A DNA stretch of 64,000 nucleotides from Candidatus Omnitrophota bacterium (GCA_043812495.1 JBDRMG010000016.1:2137-66136); one strand, 5' to 3'; positions 44,575 to 55,477 are shown, counted from the first letter of the stretch. The notes: generated by a model from the letters alone, not told the origin. Numbers and translations are program-made.

Positions 44575-46673
44575 CTTTTCATCTTTACTAATTTCAAAAC
44601 TTCATCAGCCACTTCTTCGGGCTTAATTTCTTCCATGCACAAACGGCTGGGCATCCGGCACATCGGACTGTAGCAAGGGCTGCATTTGATTTCCTTCTTA
44701 AAAATAATAGGATTCTCGCAGGGCGGCGCATGCCTTAAGGGGTTTGTCGGCCCAAATAGGGCAATAAAAGGAGTGTGCATGGCTGCGGCGATATGCATGG
44801 GCGCCGAATCCGGCGTAATGAATACCTTGCATTTTCTAATGAGGACCGCCAACTGTAAAATATCTGTTTTCCCGACCAGGATCGCAGGCTTGGACTTTGT
44901 TCTGTTGAGCAATTCCCTTGCTCTTTCTTTGTCCTGTTCAACGCCGGTAACAACAATGCGCAAATTCTTTTGAGAAAGAATATCGCATAACCGGGCCACA
45001 TGATCCAGAGGCCAGTTTTTGGATATCCATTTATCGGAAGCCGCCAGATGAATACCGATTATATTTTTTTCATGCCCCATCCATTCGGAATCCAAAAGAT
45101 TCCTAACGAACTCTTCGTCTTCGATCGATGGCCATAGTTCCAAAGAAAGGTTGCCCTCATATTCAATGCCCAACATCTTCAGCACCTGAAATTGATGCTC
45201 GACGGGCGGCAAAAACGGATGTTCGTTCTTGATCCGCCGCGAAAGAAGAAAACTTCCCTTGCCGTTATCGTATCCGTAACTGTTTCTCGCAAAACTCAAG
45301 AATGCCAGCATATGACTCCTGCGATTATTCTGCAAATCTATCACCTTGTCGAACCTGAATCTGCGCAATTGACGGGAGAAGCGAAACAGCCTCCAGGCGC
45401 CCCGGTCATTTTCTTGGGGATCGATCACGATGAATCCGTTGATATAAGGACAGCGCTTGAGGACAGGGCTGGCTTCTTTTCCGACCAGGCAATAGATCAG
45501 GGCCTGCGGATATCTTCGACGCAATGCTCTCAAGGAAGGAATGACCAAAACAACGTCGCCGATCGAGCTGATTTTAATCACCAAAATATTCAAAGAATCG
45601 AGCAATTCTTTATACACCTCCAGAGTCTTACTGGCCATATGCTCAAGCGTATATTTTAATTCAATTTTCTTGCGGGCCTCCGTGACTAAGCTTTGAGCCA
45701 ACCGCCTGTCTTTCAAGACTCTCATCACGGCTTGGGCCATGGCATCCGTGTCTTTCGGTAACACCAAAAGGCCTGTTTGTTCATCATCAATAATTTCAAT
45801 CACGCCACCCACTTTCGTTGCCACCACAGGAACGCCGGCGGCCTGGGCCTCAACCACAACACGGCCAAAGGATTCCGGTTCTATGCTTGAGAGGACCAGA
45901 ACATCAATACGCGAAAGAAGCGCGGGGACGTCTTTTCGATTTCCCAAAAATTCAACGTAATCATGAAGCCCCAATCGTTTGATGAGAATCTGGAGCTCCT
46001 GCTTATAGGATTGTTTGCTCGCGGGCGCATCTCCGATCATCCAAATCTTGACATAGGGCATCGAGCGAACGACCTTGGCCATCGCTTTCAGGAAATACGC
46101 ATGTCCTTTAAGCGGCGTCATGCGGCCGATAATGGCGACCACTCTGTCTGCCTTCCCTGTTTTCTCTTCATGCGGTTTACTAAACCGCTTGAGGTCAACA
46201 CTGCGGGGAATCAGGCGGATGCTTTCTTGGCGGACACCAAAATCATCGATCATGTGCCGGCCGATCACTTCGCTCGGGACAATCACAAGCTTGGATGAGC
46301 CCATGACGCGGCTAAAGAGATGCTTTCCGTAATACCCATGGCACGTCGTGATAAAGGCCGTATCGGTCTTATGACAGGCAAAAAAAGCGATCCATGCCGG
46401 AACGCGGCTGCGCGCATGAACAATATCTACCTTTTCATCCATAATGATCTTTTCTAATTTCTTGATGGAGGAGATGATAGAAAATAAATTTTTCCGATGT
46501 GCAGGAAGTTTGTAATGTTTGACGCCGGCCGCTTCGATATCTGCTACAAGGTCTCCGCCGCTGGAAACAACAACCGCTTCATGACCGTGTTGAATTAAGT
46601 ATTTGGCAAAATCCACCGTGCCGGTTTCGACGCCGCCGACTTTGAGCTCGGGAAGTATTTGCAGAACTTTCAT
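44571..46673 (-). CDS. GT4-GT9 fusion glycosyltransferase
   Basis: N-half GGVETGT..HARSR.PAW..ESFGRVVVEAQA; C-half ISSIGDVVL..KNWP..PDSAPMHIA..LFGPT. Confidence 0.92.
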   Translation of the reverse strand: MKVLQILPELKVGGVETGTVDFAKYLIQHGHEAVVVSSGGDLVADIEAAGVKHYKLPAHRKNLFSIISSIKKLEKIIMDEKVDIVHARSRVPAWIAFFACHKTDTAFITTCHGYYGKHLFSRVMGSSKLVIVPSEVIGRHMIDDFGVRQESIRLIPRSVDLKRFSKPHEEKTGKADRVVAIIGRMTPLKGHAYFLKAMAKVVRSMPYVKIWMIGDAPASKQSYKQELQILIKRLGLHDYVEFLGNRKDVPALLSRIDVLVLSSIEPESFGRVVVEAQAAGVPVVATKVGGVIEIIDDEQTGLLVLPKDTDAMAQAVMRVLKDRRLAQSLVTEARKKIELKYTLEHMASKTLEVYKELLDSLNILVIKISSIGDVVLVIPSLRALRRRYPQALIYCLVGKEASPVLKRCPYINGFIVIDPQENDRGAWRLFRFSRQLRRFRFDKVIDLQNNRRSHMLAFLSFARNSYGYDNGKGSFLLSRRIKNEHPFLPPVEHQFQVLKMLGIEYEGNLSLELWPSIEDEEFVRNLLDSEWMGHEKNIIGIHLAASDKWISKNWPLDHVARLCDILSQKNLRIVVTGVEQDKERARELLNRTKSKPAILVGKTDILQLAVLIRKCKVFITPDSAPMHIAAAMHTPFIALFGPTNPLRHAPPCENPIIFKKEIKCSPCYSPMCRMPSRLCMEEIKPEEVADEVLKLVKMKR

Positions 46674-48646
46674 ATGATTTTTTTAATGGCTTCCAGGATG
46701 GTCGGATTGTCGTCTAAGGGTTTTGTTTTGATGGCCTGATTGGCTAACTGATCAATATGTTCCGCCAAATGATTTTCGTCGCTTGCGACAACATGCCCCT
46801 GGGCATGCAATTGCTCAACAAAAATTCTATGTTTATTGCGACGCGTTTCGGCTTCCTTCTGTTTAGGTAAATACACAATGGTACCTTTCTTTGAGCAGGC
46901 GGCTTCGCTGATCATAGAAATACTGTCCGCTGTGACTACAATCAAATCAGACAACCCCAGAATCCCGCCGATAACTTCCGGAAAATTCTGTTTATTGGCA
47001 ATTACCAAAAGTACGCACAGAGGAAAACCCTTAAGTTCATTCTCAAGGATATCCCCAATCGCCGCGGGAGTCCTGCGAGAGGTTGTCACCAAAATTTCTG
47101 CGTTAAGTTTTTTAGCAACTTCCTTGATTTGTGAAATAACAAGACGGGCCTGCGTTTCATCAAAAGGATTGTTTTTTCCCGCCCCACCCAATAGAATGCC
47201 GATTTTACATCGATCGTTTTTTTTGATATGGGGAAATCGCTTCATCAGGGCAAGCGACTGAGATTCCAAATACGCCTGATCGATAAGATTGGGCGCGCCT
47301 TCTGTAATAATAATTTTTCCTTTTGTTTTACGATGGGCCTGGCGGTCATGCTGCGGCAGAATCACAAGGTTGAATTTGTCAAACCCCAGAAGACCCGGGG
47401 TAAGAATCGCAATGCTTTTAGCGCGACAATCGCTGGATAAAAGAAAATTCGCGCCGGCTCCGGCCGACCCGCAGGACACAACATAATCGGCTTTGATACT
47501 GGAAATCTTACGGTAGGACTCTTTGGTCAAAAACCATTTAAAATACCTCATCCGCCCCTGGCAAAAACGCGCATTAGCGAGGAAGCTCAAGAGCGCAAGG
47601 ACTTTGGTCGAAAAGGCATTTTTAAAATGGATATCGACAATCTGTGTTTCGGAATGGATGCCCCGCTCAGCTAAGGCGGCATCAATCATCTTGGCCACGG
47701 CCTGGGATTGGCGAAGATGCCCGACTTTTCCGTCATGGATAATCACCGTAGCCGATTCTTTGGAATATTTCCAAATCTTGTAAAACCAGACATATTGATC
47801 GGGATATTTTTCGATATAAGACTCCATAAGTTTCACAACTTTTTCAAGATTCCCAGCAACATCTTGCTCGGTATTCCCGGTTTTGATGAGCTCGAAAGCT
47901 GGATGAATGACGAGCCGATGACGATAATCAGGGCCTTTTTCGCGAATGATAATCGCAAAACAAACAGGGGTCCCAAATTTTAAAGCCAAACGAATCGCCC
48001 CCACGCTCATGGAGGCCTCCCGGCCGAAGAATTTTACCAAAACGCCGTCTTTTCCGCCTTGATCAGCCACCATGCCGATGATTTCATTTTTGCGCAAAGA
48101 TTCAATGATTTCCCGCGTTCCTGAGCCGCGTGAAATGATAACGGACCCGGCGCATTCCCGGTAAGAATTTAAAATTTCGTCCAGTTTGGTATGTCGTTTC
48201 TGGGGCTTGACCACAACCCTGTAGGGATGTTGGGCCATATGGGACATGAGGCTCGAAATCTCCCAGCTGCCAAAATGCGGCGGCAGGAGAATCAGGCCTT
48301 TGCCTTCTTTTAAAGCAGCATCGATATGTTCTTTTCCTTCTAATCGAACGTACTTTTCAGGCCCTTCTTTGAGAATCAAAGGCAAGCGCAGCAATTCGAC
48401 CACATTCATGCCAAAATTCTGGAACAACCGCTTAACGATACATTTAATTTCACTCGGCTTTTTGGTTTTGGCAAAGGCGATTTTCAGGTTGGCGTAAGCC
48501 AGGGATTTGTGTTTGGCATCGAAATAATAACCGAGGATACCCATGGCGCGGCCAAAACTAAGCGCCATGCTGAGCGGAAGACGACGGATAATAATGCCGA
48601 AAAATCTAACGATGTAATAGATCAGAGATTCGGTTAAAGAATTCAT
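46670..48646 (-). CDS. Lipid A acyltransferase (LpxL/HtrB family) fused to an ELM1/GtrOC1-like domain
   Basis: HFGSWE, ADQ, FFG, PDQY.W..K.WK; then DGK.GHL.QS, PQHD, TTSRRTP, VTADS.SMISEA. Confidence 0.88.
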   Translation of the reverse strand: MNSLTESLIYYIVRFFGIIIRRLPLSMALSFGRAMGILGYYFDAKHKSLAYANLKIAFAKTKKPSEIKCIVKRLFQNFGMNVVELLRLPLILKEGPEKYVRLEGKEHIDAALKEGKGLILLPPHFGSWEISSLMSHMAQHPYRVVVKPQKRHTKLDEILNSYRECAGSVIISRGSGTREIIESLRKNEIIGMVADQGGKDGVLVKFFGREASMSVGAIRLALKFGTPVCFAIIIREKGPDYRHRLVIHPAFELIKTGNTEQDVAGNLEKVVKLMESYIEKYPDQYVWFYKIWKYSKESATVIIHDGKVGHLRQSQAVAKMIDAALAERGIHSETQIVDIHFKNAFSTKVLALLSFLANARFCQGRMRYFKWFLTKESYRKISSIKADYVVSCGSAGAGANFLLSSDCRAKSIAILTPGLLGFDKFNLVILPQHDRQAHRKTKGKIIITEGAPNLIDQAYLESQSLALMKRFPHIKKNDRCKIGILLGGAGKNNPFDETQARLVISQIKEVAKKLNAEILVTTSRRTPAAIGDILENELKGFPLCVLLVIANKQNFPEVIGGILGLSDLIVVTADSISMISEAACSKKGTIVYLPKQKEAETRRNKHRIFVEQLHAQGHVVASDENHLAEHIDQLANQAIKTKPLDDNPTILEAIKKII

Positions 48647-49685
48647 TGTGTCCTTGCGTAATTTGTATTTTTATCTTCAAACATAAAAAGTCACAGGCAT
48701 GGATCAGCTGATCCAAGTAAGGTTCAATTTTAACCACATCTTTTTCTGTCGTGACCAAGGTATCGATCTTATTTTGCTTGCAGAAATGGATGATGCCCTC
48801 GATATCCTCTTTGGAATAAATATGATGATCAAGAAAAGCAAAATTCATCTTTAAGTGAGCACCACAATTGACCAAAGTCCTTGCGAATGATTCGGGATCA
48901 CCGATACTGCAAAACGAACAGACGGTTTTTTCTTTTAAAAAAGATACTTCTTTGTCGAATTCTTTCTCTTTAAGATCAATGAGCCCGCCGGCTTGATACT
49001 GAGCCTCGACGATTAAACTATCAGGGCAAATACGCAATAATTTTTCTTTGATGTCTTTGACATTGTCCTTTCCCAAGTCAGACTTCGTGATAACAAACAT
49101 CTGGGCTCTTTGTAAATGCGAAACAGGCTCTCTCAAAATGCCGCGGGGAATCAAATAGCCGTTTCCGAAGGGCTTGGTGGCATTAATGGCAACGATATTC
49201 AAATCTCTTCGAAGGCGCCAATGCTGATATCCGTCATCCAGAATAAAAACATCCACAGGTCCCTGCCTTAAGGCCGAAAGAGCCATTTGGAACCGATTGG
49301 CCCCGACCATCACAGGAACATCATTCAAGGTTTCCTGCAGAACCACAGCCTCGTCGCTGATGGATTCGTTCTTCTTCAAACCATGGGCTTTGTTAACCAT
49401 ATAGCCTCTTGTGAGAACGGCCGGCTTAAAACCTTTTTCCTTCAAATATTCACAGATACAAATGACCAAAGGCGTCTTTCCCGTCCCGCCCCATGTAATA
49501 TTCCCGACAGAAATCACAGGTTTAGAAAGAGCTTGCACGCACAGCAGCTTAATCTTGTATCCAAAGAGGATGATTTTCACAAAAAGTCCGTAAGTCAAAG
49601 ATAATAAAAGAAGAATCGGCTTAAGGCATTTAGCGGCAAGGGTATTGATCTGATCTGTGGCACATTGATATAAGTAGATTCGCAT
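48606..49685 (-). CDS. lpxK: Tetraacyldisaccharide 4'-kinase
   Basis: SVGNITWGGTGKTP, LTRGY, LDDGYQH, P.G.LRE, TTEKD.VK. Confidence 0.96.
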   Translation of the reverse strand: MRIYLYQCATDQINTLAAKCLKPILLLLSLTYGLFVKIILFGYKIKLLCVQALSKPVISVGNITWGGTGKTPLVICICEYLKEKGFKPAVLTRGYMVNKAHGLKKNESISDEAVVLQETLNDVPVMVGANRFQMALSALRQGPVDVFILDDGYQHWRLRRDLNIVAINATKPFGNGYLIPRGILREPVSHLQRAQMFVITKSDLGKDNVKDIKEKLLRICPDSLIVEAQYQAGGLIDLKEKEFDKEVSFLKEKTVCSFCSIGDPESFARTLVNCGAHLKMNFAFLDHHIYSKEDIEGIIHFCKQNKIDTLVTTEKDVVKIEPYLDQLIHACDFLCLKIKIQITQGHNEFFNRISDLLHR

Positions 49686-49686
49686 T

Positions 49687-50952
49687 CTAGGCTTTCTTGA
49701 GAAACTTTGAGATTATGTTGATTGTTTTCTGCGTGGCGCCGGCATTGGCTTCGACAACCTGTTTGGCCAACCGGCCGATTGTCTTCATTTCTTCGGGATT
49801 TCTCAAAAGCTCGCGCAATTTGAATAAAAGTTCTTGTTGATCGTTGACCTGCATGATGGCTTCATTGCTCATAAAAATTTCAACGATATCACGAAAGTTT
49901 TCCATGAACGGCCCGATTAAAATCGGTTTGGCAAAACAAGCCGGTTCAATAATATTGTGCCCTCCGCCTACGGTCAGGCTTTTGCCCACAAAGACCAATG
50001 TCGCCATCGCGTAAATAGATTTCAAGTGCCCCAAGGTATCCACCACAATCACATGGCCTTGCTCAAACTTTTTGTTTTCGATGTCTGAAAATCGGATGGG
50101 GTCAAATCCTTCCTGCGCGACGATCTTGAGGATTTCCTCTGTTCTTTCCACATGACGCGGGGCGATCACAAGCCTAAGGTTCGGAAAATCATTGAGAAGA
50201 GATTTAAACACCTTTAAAAGGATTTCCTCTTCGCCCGAATGCGTGCTTCCGGCAACCAAAAGCTGCGTGTCTTTTTCTGTCTCAAAACATTTCTGGCGAT
50301 ATTCCCCTTCACCGGGTAAATCGTCAAACTTGATATTACCAACGACATTCGCTTTTCTGGAGTCGGCACCAAGCTCAATAACTCTTTCATGATCCGTTTC
50401 GCTTTGCATGCAAAAGGCGCTGATGCGGTTAATTTCTTTCTTGAAAAAGAAATGTATTTTCTTATACCCTTGAAATGATTTATCCGAAATTCGGCCATTC
50501 ACTTGAACAATCGGAATGTTTCGCTTATTTAGGCTTGTTAATAAATTCGGCCAGAGTTCGGTTTCTGCCACAATATAAATCTTTGGATTGATGAGATTCA
50601 GGACTTTTCGAACCACAAAACTGAAATCCAAAGGCGCGAAAATAACAACATCGGCAGCGCCTTTATCTTTTGTGGCCATGGCGTATCCGGTTTTGGTGAC
50701 GGTCGAAAGAACAATTTGATGCCGGGGAAAGGCCTTTTTAATATTTTGAATCAATTGTTTGACCGATAGAACCTCGCCCACGCTCACCGCGTGAATCCAT
50801 ATGTTTTCTTTGCTTTTGAGCGCTTCTTTGATTTCCCCGGGCAAGCACCCAAACCGCATCAAAAACTTCTCATGCCATTTTTTTTGAATGCATAAATAAG
50901 GCATATAAAATAACATTGACAGTAAATATAATAAATCGTAAATGATCCACAT
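49687..50952 (-). CDS. waaA: KDO transferase
   Basis: IWIHAVSVGE, ETELWPN, GNIKFD, AGSTH.GEE, APRH.ER, GGHN.IEP. Confidence 0.96.
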   Translation of the reverse strand: MWIIYDLLYLLSMLFYMPYLCIQKKWHEKFLMRFGCLPGEIKEALKSKENIWIHAVSVGEVLSVKQLIQNIKKAFPRHQIVLSTVTKTGYAMATKDKGAADVVIFAPLDFSFVVRKVLNLINPKIYIVAETELWPNLLTSLNKRNIPIVQVNGRISDKSFQGYKKIHFFFKKEINRISAFCMQSETDHERVIELGADSRKANVVGNIKFDDLPGEGEYRQKCFETEKDTQLLVAGSTHSGEEEILLKVFKSLLNDFPNLRLVIAPRHVERTEEILKIVAQEGFDPIRFSDIENKKFEQGHVIVVDTLGHLKSIYAMATLVFVGKSLTVGGGHNIIEPACFAKPILIGPFMENFRDIVEIFMSNEAIMQVNDQQELLFKLRELLRNPEEMKTIGRLAKQVVEANAGATQKTINIISKFLKKA

Positions 50953-50959
50953 GCTTTAA

Positions 50960-51820
50960 TTATGCCCTTGGATGCGCTTTATCGTAAACACTCTTTAATT
51001 TTTCTGTTGTTAAATGCGTATAAATCTGCGTTGTCGACAAATTCACGTGGCCTAACAATTCCTGGACGCTGCGTAAGTCCGCCCCGCGGTTTAAGAGATG
51101 CGTGGCAAAGGAATGACGCATGGTGTGCGGGGAAATGCCGCTGCGCATACTTAAGGCTTTAATATATTTAGCTATAATCAACCGCACCCCGCGGTCCGTT
51201 AATCGTGTCCCGTTTTTATTCAAGAAAAGGGCCTTGGATTGCTTTTCGCGAGTGTTGAGATAATCTCTGATAGCGGAAAGCGCCATTTCGCCAATCGGCA
51301 CGATTCTTTCCTTACGGCCCTTACCCATGACTTTAACGATATTGCTGATTAAATCGACGCTATCGGTATCCATGGCCACAAGTTCGCTAACGCGGATACC
51401 TGTGCTGTAAAGCGTTTCGAGAATAGCCCGGTCGCGCTTATCCAACGATTTAATTTTCAAAGGAGACTCGATGAGTTTATTGGCCTCCTCTTCACTCAAA
51501 AATTCCGGAAGTTTCTTGTCCAATTTTGGGGTCATTAAAAGCAACGTGGGATTATTTTTGATGAGCCCTTCGCGATGCAGAAATTTAAAGCAGCTGCGCA
51601 AGGCCGAAAGCTTGCGCGCGAGGGTGCGGGGTCTGTGTTGTTTGGTTTTGATCACGGCTAAGTACCGGCGGCAGGTCAAATAATCAACGTTTTCAACGCT
51701 CTGGTCTTTGATAAACGCAAAAAATTCCTCAAGATCAAGTTTATAGTTCAAGATAGTGTGCGGAGAATAATTTTTCTCGATCTCTAGATAAGACAGGAAT
51801 TTTTCGACATAGCGGTTCAT
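50960..51820 (-). CDS. xerC: Tyrosine recombinase XerC
   Basis: RDRAILETLYSTGIRVSEL, GKG.KER, PH.MRHSFATHLL, LLGH..LSTTQIYTH, HPRA. Confidence 0.93.
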   Translation of the reverse strand: MNRYVEKFLSYLEIEKNYSPHTILNYKLDLEEFFAFIKDQSVENVDYLTCRRYLAVIKTKQHRPRTLARKLSALRSCFKFLHREGLIKNNPTLLLMTPKLDKKLPEFLSEEEANKLIESPLKIKSLDKRDRAILETLYSTGIRVSELVAMDTDSVDLISNIVKVMGKGRKERIVPIGEMALSAIRDYLNTREKQSKALFLNKNGTRLTDRGVRLIIAKYIKALSMRSGISPHTMRHSFATHLLNRGADLRSVQELLGHVNLSTTQIYTHLTTEKLKSVYDKAHPRA

Positions 51821-53790
51821 GAGGTCTTCTGTTCGTCACTGGGCTGAGGCAATTTGTTGGCGATAAATCGGCATTCGGGATATTTGCTGCAACCATAAAA
51901 CATCTGACCCCGGCGGGAACGCCGCTCGACAAGCTCTCCGCCACAATTGTCCTGGGGACATTTGACGCCTGTTAAATACGATTCAGAATGTTTGCATTTG
52001 GGAAAATCGGAACAACTCAAAAAGCGGCCGTTACGGCCCCATTTGACGGTGAGTTTTTTCCCGCACACGGGGCATTCCTTGTCGATCAAGGTACGTGTCT
52101 TTTCGATATTGTCCACGGCATAATCCAATTCTTCCTTAAACGGCGCATAAAATTCCTTGAGAAGCTCGTGATATTTCATCTTGCCTTCTTCCACCAAATC
52201 CAGGTCCTCTTCCATGGTGGCGGTAAAGCCGATATCCATAATTTTGGGGAAATATTCGACCAGCAAATCGCAAATCAAAATCCCGAGGTCTGTCACACGA
52301 AAATATCCCCGCTCGCGGTGCGCATAGTTTCTTGTGACAAGCGTATAAATAATCGAGGCATATGTGCTGGGACGGCCAATGCCGTCTTCCTCAAGCGCGC
52401 GTACCAAAGTGGCCTCGGAATATCTGGCCGGAGGTTTGGTGAAATGCTGCGAAGGGCTTACATTCAACAAAGCCAGGGAATCATCCTGCGCATAATGAAA
52501 AAAATCTACTTCGGCCTTTTCTTCTTCGGCATCGCGGTACACGGCCAAATAGCCGTCGAATTTTACAGTGGACCCTGATGCGCCGAATTGGAATTTGCCG
52601 GCTGTGATTTCAATTTTTCGGCTGTCAAAAATAGCCGGCATCATCTGGCAGGCCACAAAACGGTTCCAGATCAATTCATAGAGCTTGAGCTGATCCTCAG
52701 ACAAATATTTCTTCAAATCCGAAGGTTTGAACGTCACATTGCTGGGCCGAATCGCTTCGTGCGCTTCTTGGGCTGACTTTCGGGACTTGTAGACATTTGG
52801 CGCTTCGGGTAAATAGGAATCACCGTATGATTCTTTGATGAATGTTCTGACGCGTTCAATCGCCTCTTTGGCGATATTCACCGAATCGGTACGCATATAG
52901 GTGATCAAACCCGCGGATTCCTCTCCGATCTCAACGCCTTCGTACAATTGCTGGGCGATCATCATGGTTTTATTGGCGTTGAATCTTAATTTATTGAACG
53001 CCTCCTGCTGAAGCGTGCTTGTGATAAAGGGAGGCGCAGGATTTCTCCTGATATCCCTTTGCGTGATATTGGACACTATGAATTTTTCTTTTTTGATTTG
53101 ATCAACAAGATCTTGGGATTCTCCTTCATTTTTAATTTCAAAGGCTTCACCGTTGATCTTTTCCAAGAAGGCCTTGAGGATTTCGTCATAGCTTTCTTTC
53201 TTGAGATCCACCGTGATTTGCCAGTATTCCTTAGGTATGAATTTTTCGATTTCCCGTTCTCGCTCGACCAAAATGCGTAGCGCCACCGATTGAACCCGGC
53301 CCGCGCTCAGGCCCGCTCCGACTTTTTTCCATAACAGGGGACTCAATTGATAACCTACAACTCGGTCCAAAATGCGGCGCGCGATCTGCGAATCTACTTT
53401 GTTTTGATCAAATTCGAAAGGATGCTCAAAGGCCTTGAGGACCGCTTCTTTGGTGATTTCATGAAAGGTCACCCGAAAAACTTTCTTTCCTTCGCCGATC
53501 TGATTGACAATATGCCAGCCGATCGCTTCGCCTTCGCGGTCAGGGTCGGTGGCGATATAAATTTCTTTTTTCTTCTCGGCTTCTTTTTTAAGGCCTTTTA
53601 AGATCTTTTGTTTTTTGCGCACAATAATAAATTTCGGCTCAAAATTGTTTTCGATATCGACGCCAAAGGTGGACACAGGCAAATCAATCAAATGCCCCAT
53701 GGAGGAGACAACCTTGAATTTCTTGCCTAGAATCTTGTTGATAGTTTTTGTCTTAGCCGGAGATTCAACGATCACAAGTGCGTTTGCCAT
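51817..53790 (-). CDS. topA: DNA topoisomerase I
   Basis: IVESPAK, ATDPDREGE, SAGRVQS, ITYMRTD, GIGRPSTYA, C-terminal zinc ribbons. Confidence 0.98.
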   Translation of the reverse strand: MANALVIVESPAKTKTINKILGKKFKVVSSMGHLIDLPVSTFGVDIENNFEPKFIIVRKKQKILKGLKKEAEKKKEIYIATDPDREGEAIGWHIVNQIGEGKKVFRVTFHEITKEAVLKAFEHPFEFDQNKVDSQIARRILDRVVGYQLSPLLWKKVGAGLSAGRVQSVALRILVEREREIEKFIPKEYWQITVDLKKESYDEILKAFLEKINGEAFEIKNEGESQDLVDQIKKEKFIVSNITQRDIRRNPAPPFITSTLQQEAFNKLRFNANKTMMIAQQLYEGVEIGEESAGLITYMRTDSVNIAKEAIERVRTFIKESYGDSYLPEAPNVYKSRKSAQEAHEAIRPSNVTFKPSDLKKYLSEDQLKLYELIWNRFVACQMMPAIFDSRKIEITAGKFQFGASGSTVKFDGYLAVYRDAEEEKAEVDFFHYAQDDSLALLNVSPSQHFTKPPARYSEATLVRALEEDGIGRPSTYASIIYTLVTRNYAHRERGYFRVTDLGILICDLLVEYFPKIMDIGFTATMEEDLDLVEEGKMKYHELLKEFYAPFKEELDYAVDNIEKTRTLIDKECPVCGKKLTVKWGRNGRFLSCSDFPKCKHSESYLTGVKCPQDNCGGELVERRSRRGQMFYGCSKYPECRFIANKLPQPSDEQKTS

Positions 53791-53791
53791 A

Positions 53792-54907
53792 TCAAATCCT
53801 CACGAATAATTTTCCCGGTAATTGTTTGATAAGATGTTTGAGTTCCAATTGAAGCACAACGGCCATGGTGCGCGCGATAGAAAACCGGCACTGATCGGCT
53901 AATTCGTTAATCTGGATCGCCCGGCTGTTAATACATGAAAAAACCTGTTTTTCGTCATCCGAAAGCTTTGCCTCTTGATGGGAGGCCCCGGATGAATCAC
54001 TTGGCTTTTTCTTCTGTGAAAGAAAATCTTTGAACTGGGGTTTCAATTCTTCAATGATGTCATCCACACTAGCAACAAGCTTGGCGCCTTGTTTGATGAG
54101 GCTGTGGACTCCGCGAGAATTGGGAGAATCAATCTTCCCGGGCACTGCAAAGACCTCTTTGCCCTGCTCCAGGGCAAAATCGCTTGTGATCAAAGCCCCG
54201 CTTTTTTGGGATGCCTCGACCACAACGACACCCATCGAAAGACCGCTGATGATTCTGTTTCGTCTTGGAAAATTGCAGGCCAGCGGTTTCTCATCCATGG
54301 GAAATTCCGATAGAACAGCTCCGTCTTTTTGGGCGATTTCATCCATTAATTTCTTATTTTCCGGTGGATAGGCGCGTGATAATCCGCAACCTAATACCGC
54401 AACGGTTGAGCCTCTGACGCAAAGCGCTCCCCGGTGCGCGGCTGTATCGATGCCACGCGCCATCCCAGAAACGATGGTGATCCCTAATTCGCTAAGTTCC
54501 ATGGCAAGCTTTTGCGCCATGGATGTTCCGTACACTGAGGCCCTGCGTGAGCCCACAATAGCCAGGGCAAGTTCAAAACATTCTTTTAAAATTCCTCTAA
54601 CGTAAAGCAGGATCGGCGCGTCATAAAGATTTAACAGTTGTTGTGGGTAATTTTTGTCTTTGAAACTAATCACATTGACCTTATGCTTTTGAATCAAAGA
54701 ATATTCCATTTTTAAAAATTCTTCGCGAGGAAAACTCCTCAGATTCTCTGCGACAGCTTGAGGAAGAATATTTTTCGAAATTAAGTCTTTAAAGTCAGCG
54801 CTAAAAACATTTTTGGCGCAACAAAAATAATCCAAAAGCTTGCGGATACGCACCGGACCAAGTCCGTTAATGGCGTTTAAAGAAAGAAGGCAGTCGAGTT
54901 CGGTCAT
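53792..54907 (-). CDS. dprA: DNA processing protein DprA/Smf
   Basis: AIVGSR.AS.YG, VSGMARGID..AH, FPRRNRIISG, SGALIT, LIKQGA. Confidence 0.96.
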   Translation of the reverse strand: MTELDCLLSLNAINGLGPVRIRKLLDYFCCAKNVFSADFKDLISKNILPQAVAENLRSFPREEFLKMEYSLIQKHKVNVISFKDKNYPQQLLNLYDAPILLYVRGILKECFELALAIVGSRRASVYGTSMAQKLAMELSELGITIVSGMARGIDTAAHRGALCVRGSTVAVLGCGLSRAYPPENKKLMDEIAQKDGAVLSEFPMDEKPLACNFPRRNRIISGLSMGVVVVEASQKSGALITSDFALEQGKEVFAVPGKIDSPNSRGVHSLIKQGAKLVASVDDIIEELKPQFKDFLSQKKKPSDSSGASHQEAKLSDDEKQVFSCINSRAIQINELADQCRFSIARTMAVVLQLELKHLIKQLPGKLFVRI

Positions 54908-55410
54908 TTAGATACAATTTCTATGATTTCGTCAACGATTTGCTGAATGGATTTATTGTCGGTTGCGACCGTATGGTCTGCTTTCGCGTAACCGGCTTTT
55001 CTTTTTTCCAACAATTCGATAATCTTGGCCTTGGGATCATCCACATTGAGCAAAGGTCGGTGTTTCTGATGTTTGACCCGCTCGATAATCGTTTCCGGTG
55101 TAGCGGATAAGAAAACGATGAGGCCATTGTTTTTCAAGCAATCCATGTTGTCTTGATCGAGGACAACCCCGCCGCCGCAGTCGATGACTAAACCATTTTG
55201 CAAAGCTATCTTTTGGATTATTTCTTTCTCGACTTTACGGAAATAGGCTTCGCCGGAATCGCGAAAAATATCGACAATTTGTCTTTTTTCTTTGGCTTCA
55301 ATACGCTCATCCGTTGACACAGGCTGGCGTTTGAGAACCTTGGCTAATTTCTTAGCCACAGTTGTTTTTCCTGAGCCCATGAATCCGACCAAAGCAATAT
55401 TACGGTTCAT
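54904..55410 (-). CDS. aroK: Shikimate kinase
   Basis: GFMGSGKTT, GE.YFR..E, GGG, RPLL. Confidence 0.95.
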   Translation of the reverse strand: MNRNIALVGFMGSGKTTVAKKLAKVLKRQPVSTDERIEAKEKRQIVDIFRDSGEAYFRKVEKEIIQKIALQNGLVIDCGGGVVLDQDNMDCLKNNGLIVFLSATPETIIERVKHQKHRPLLNVDDPKAKIIELLEKRKAGYAKADHTVATDNKSIQQIVDEIIEIVSK

Positions 55411-55477
55411 TCTTAATTTCTAACCTCTTATTTTTCATAAAGTTACTAATGAAAGGAAACGTGCTCACTAATCGCAG

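Noticed and set aside
50960-51820. Tyrosine recombinase as a prophage or island integrase
   Set aside because: Size, HPRA ending and dprA-topA-xerC context indicate chromosomal XerC.
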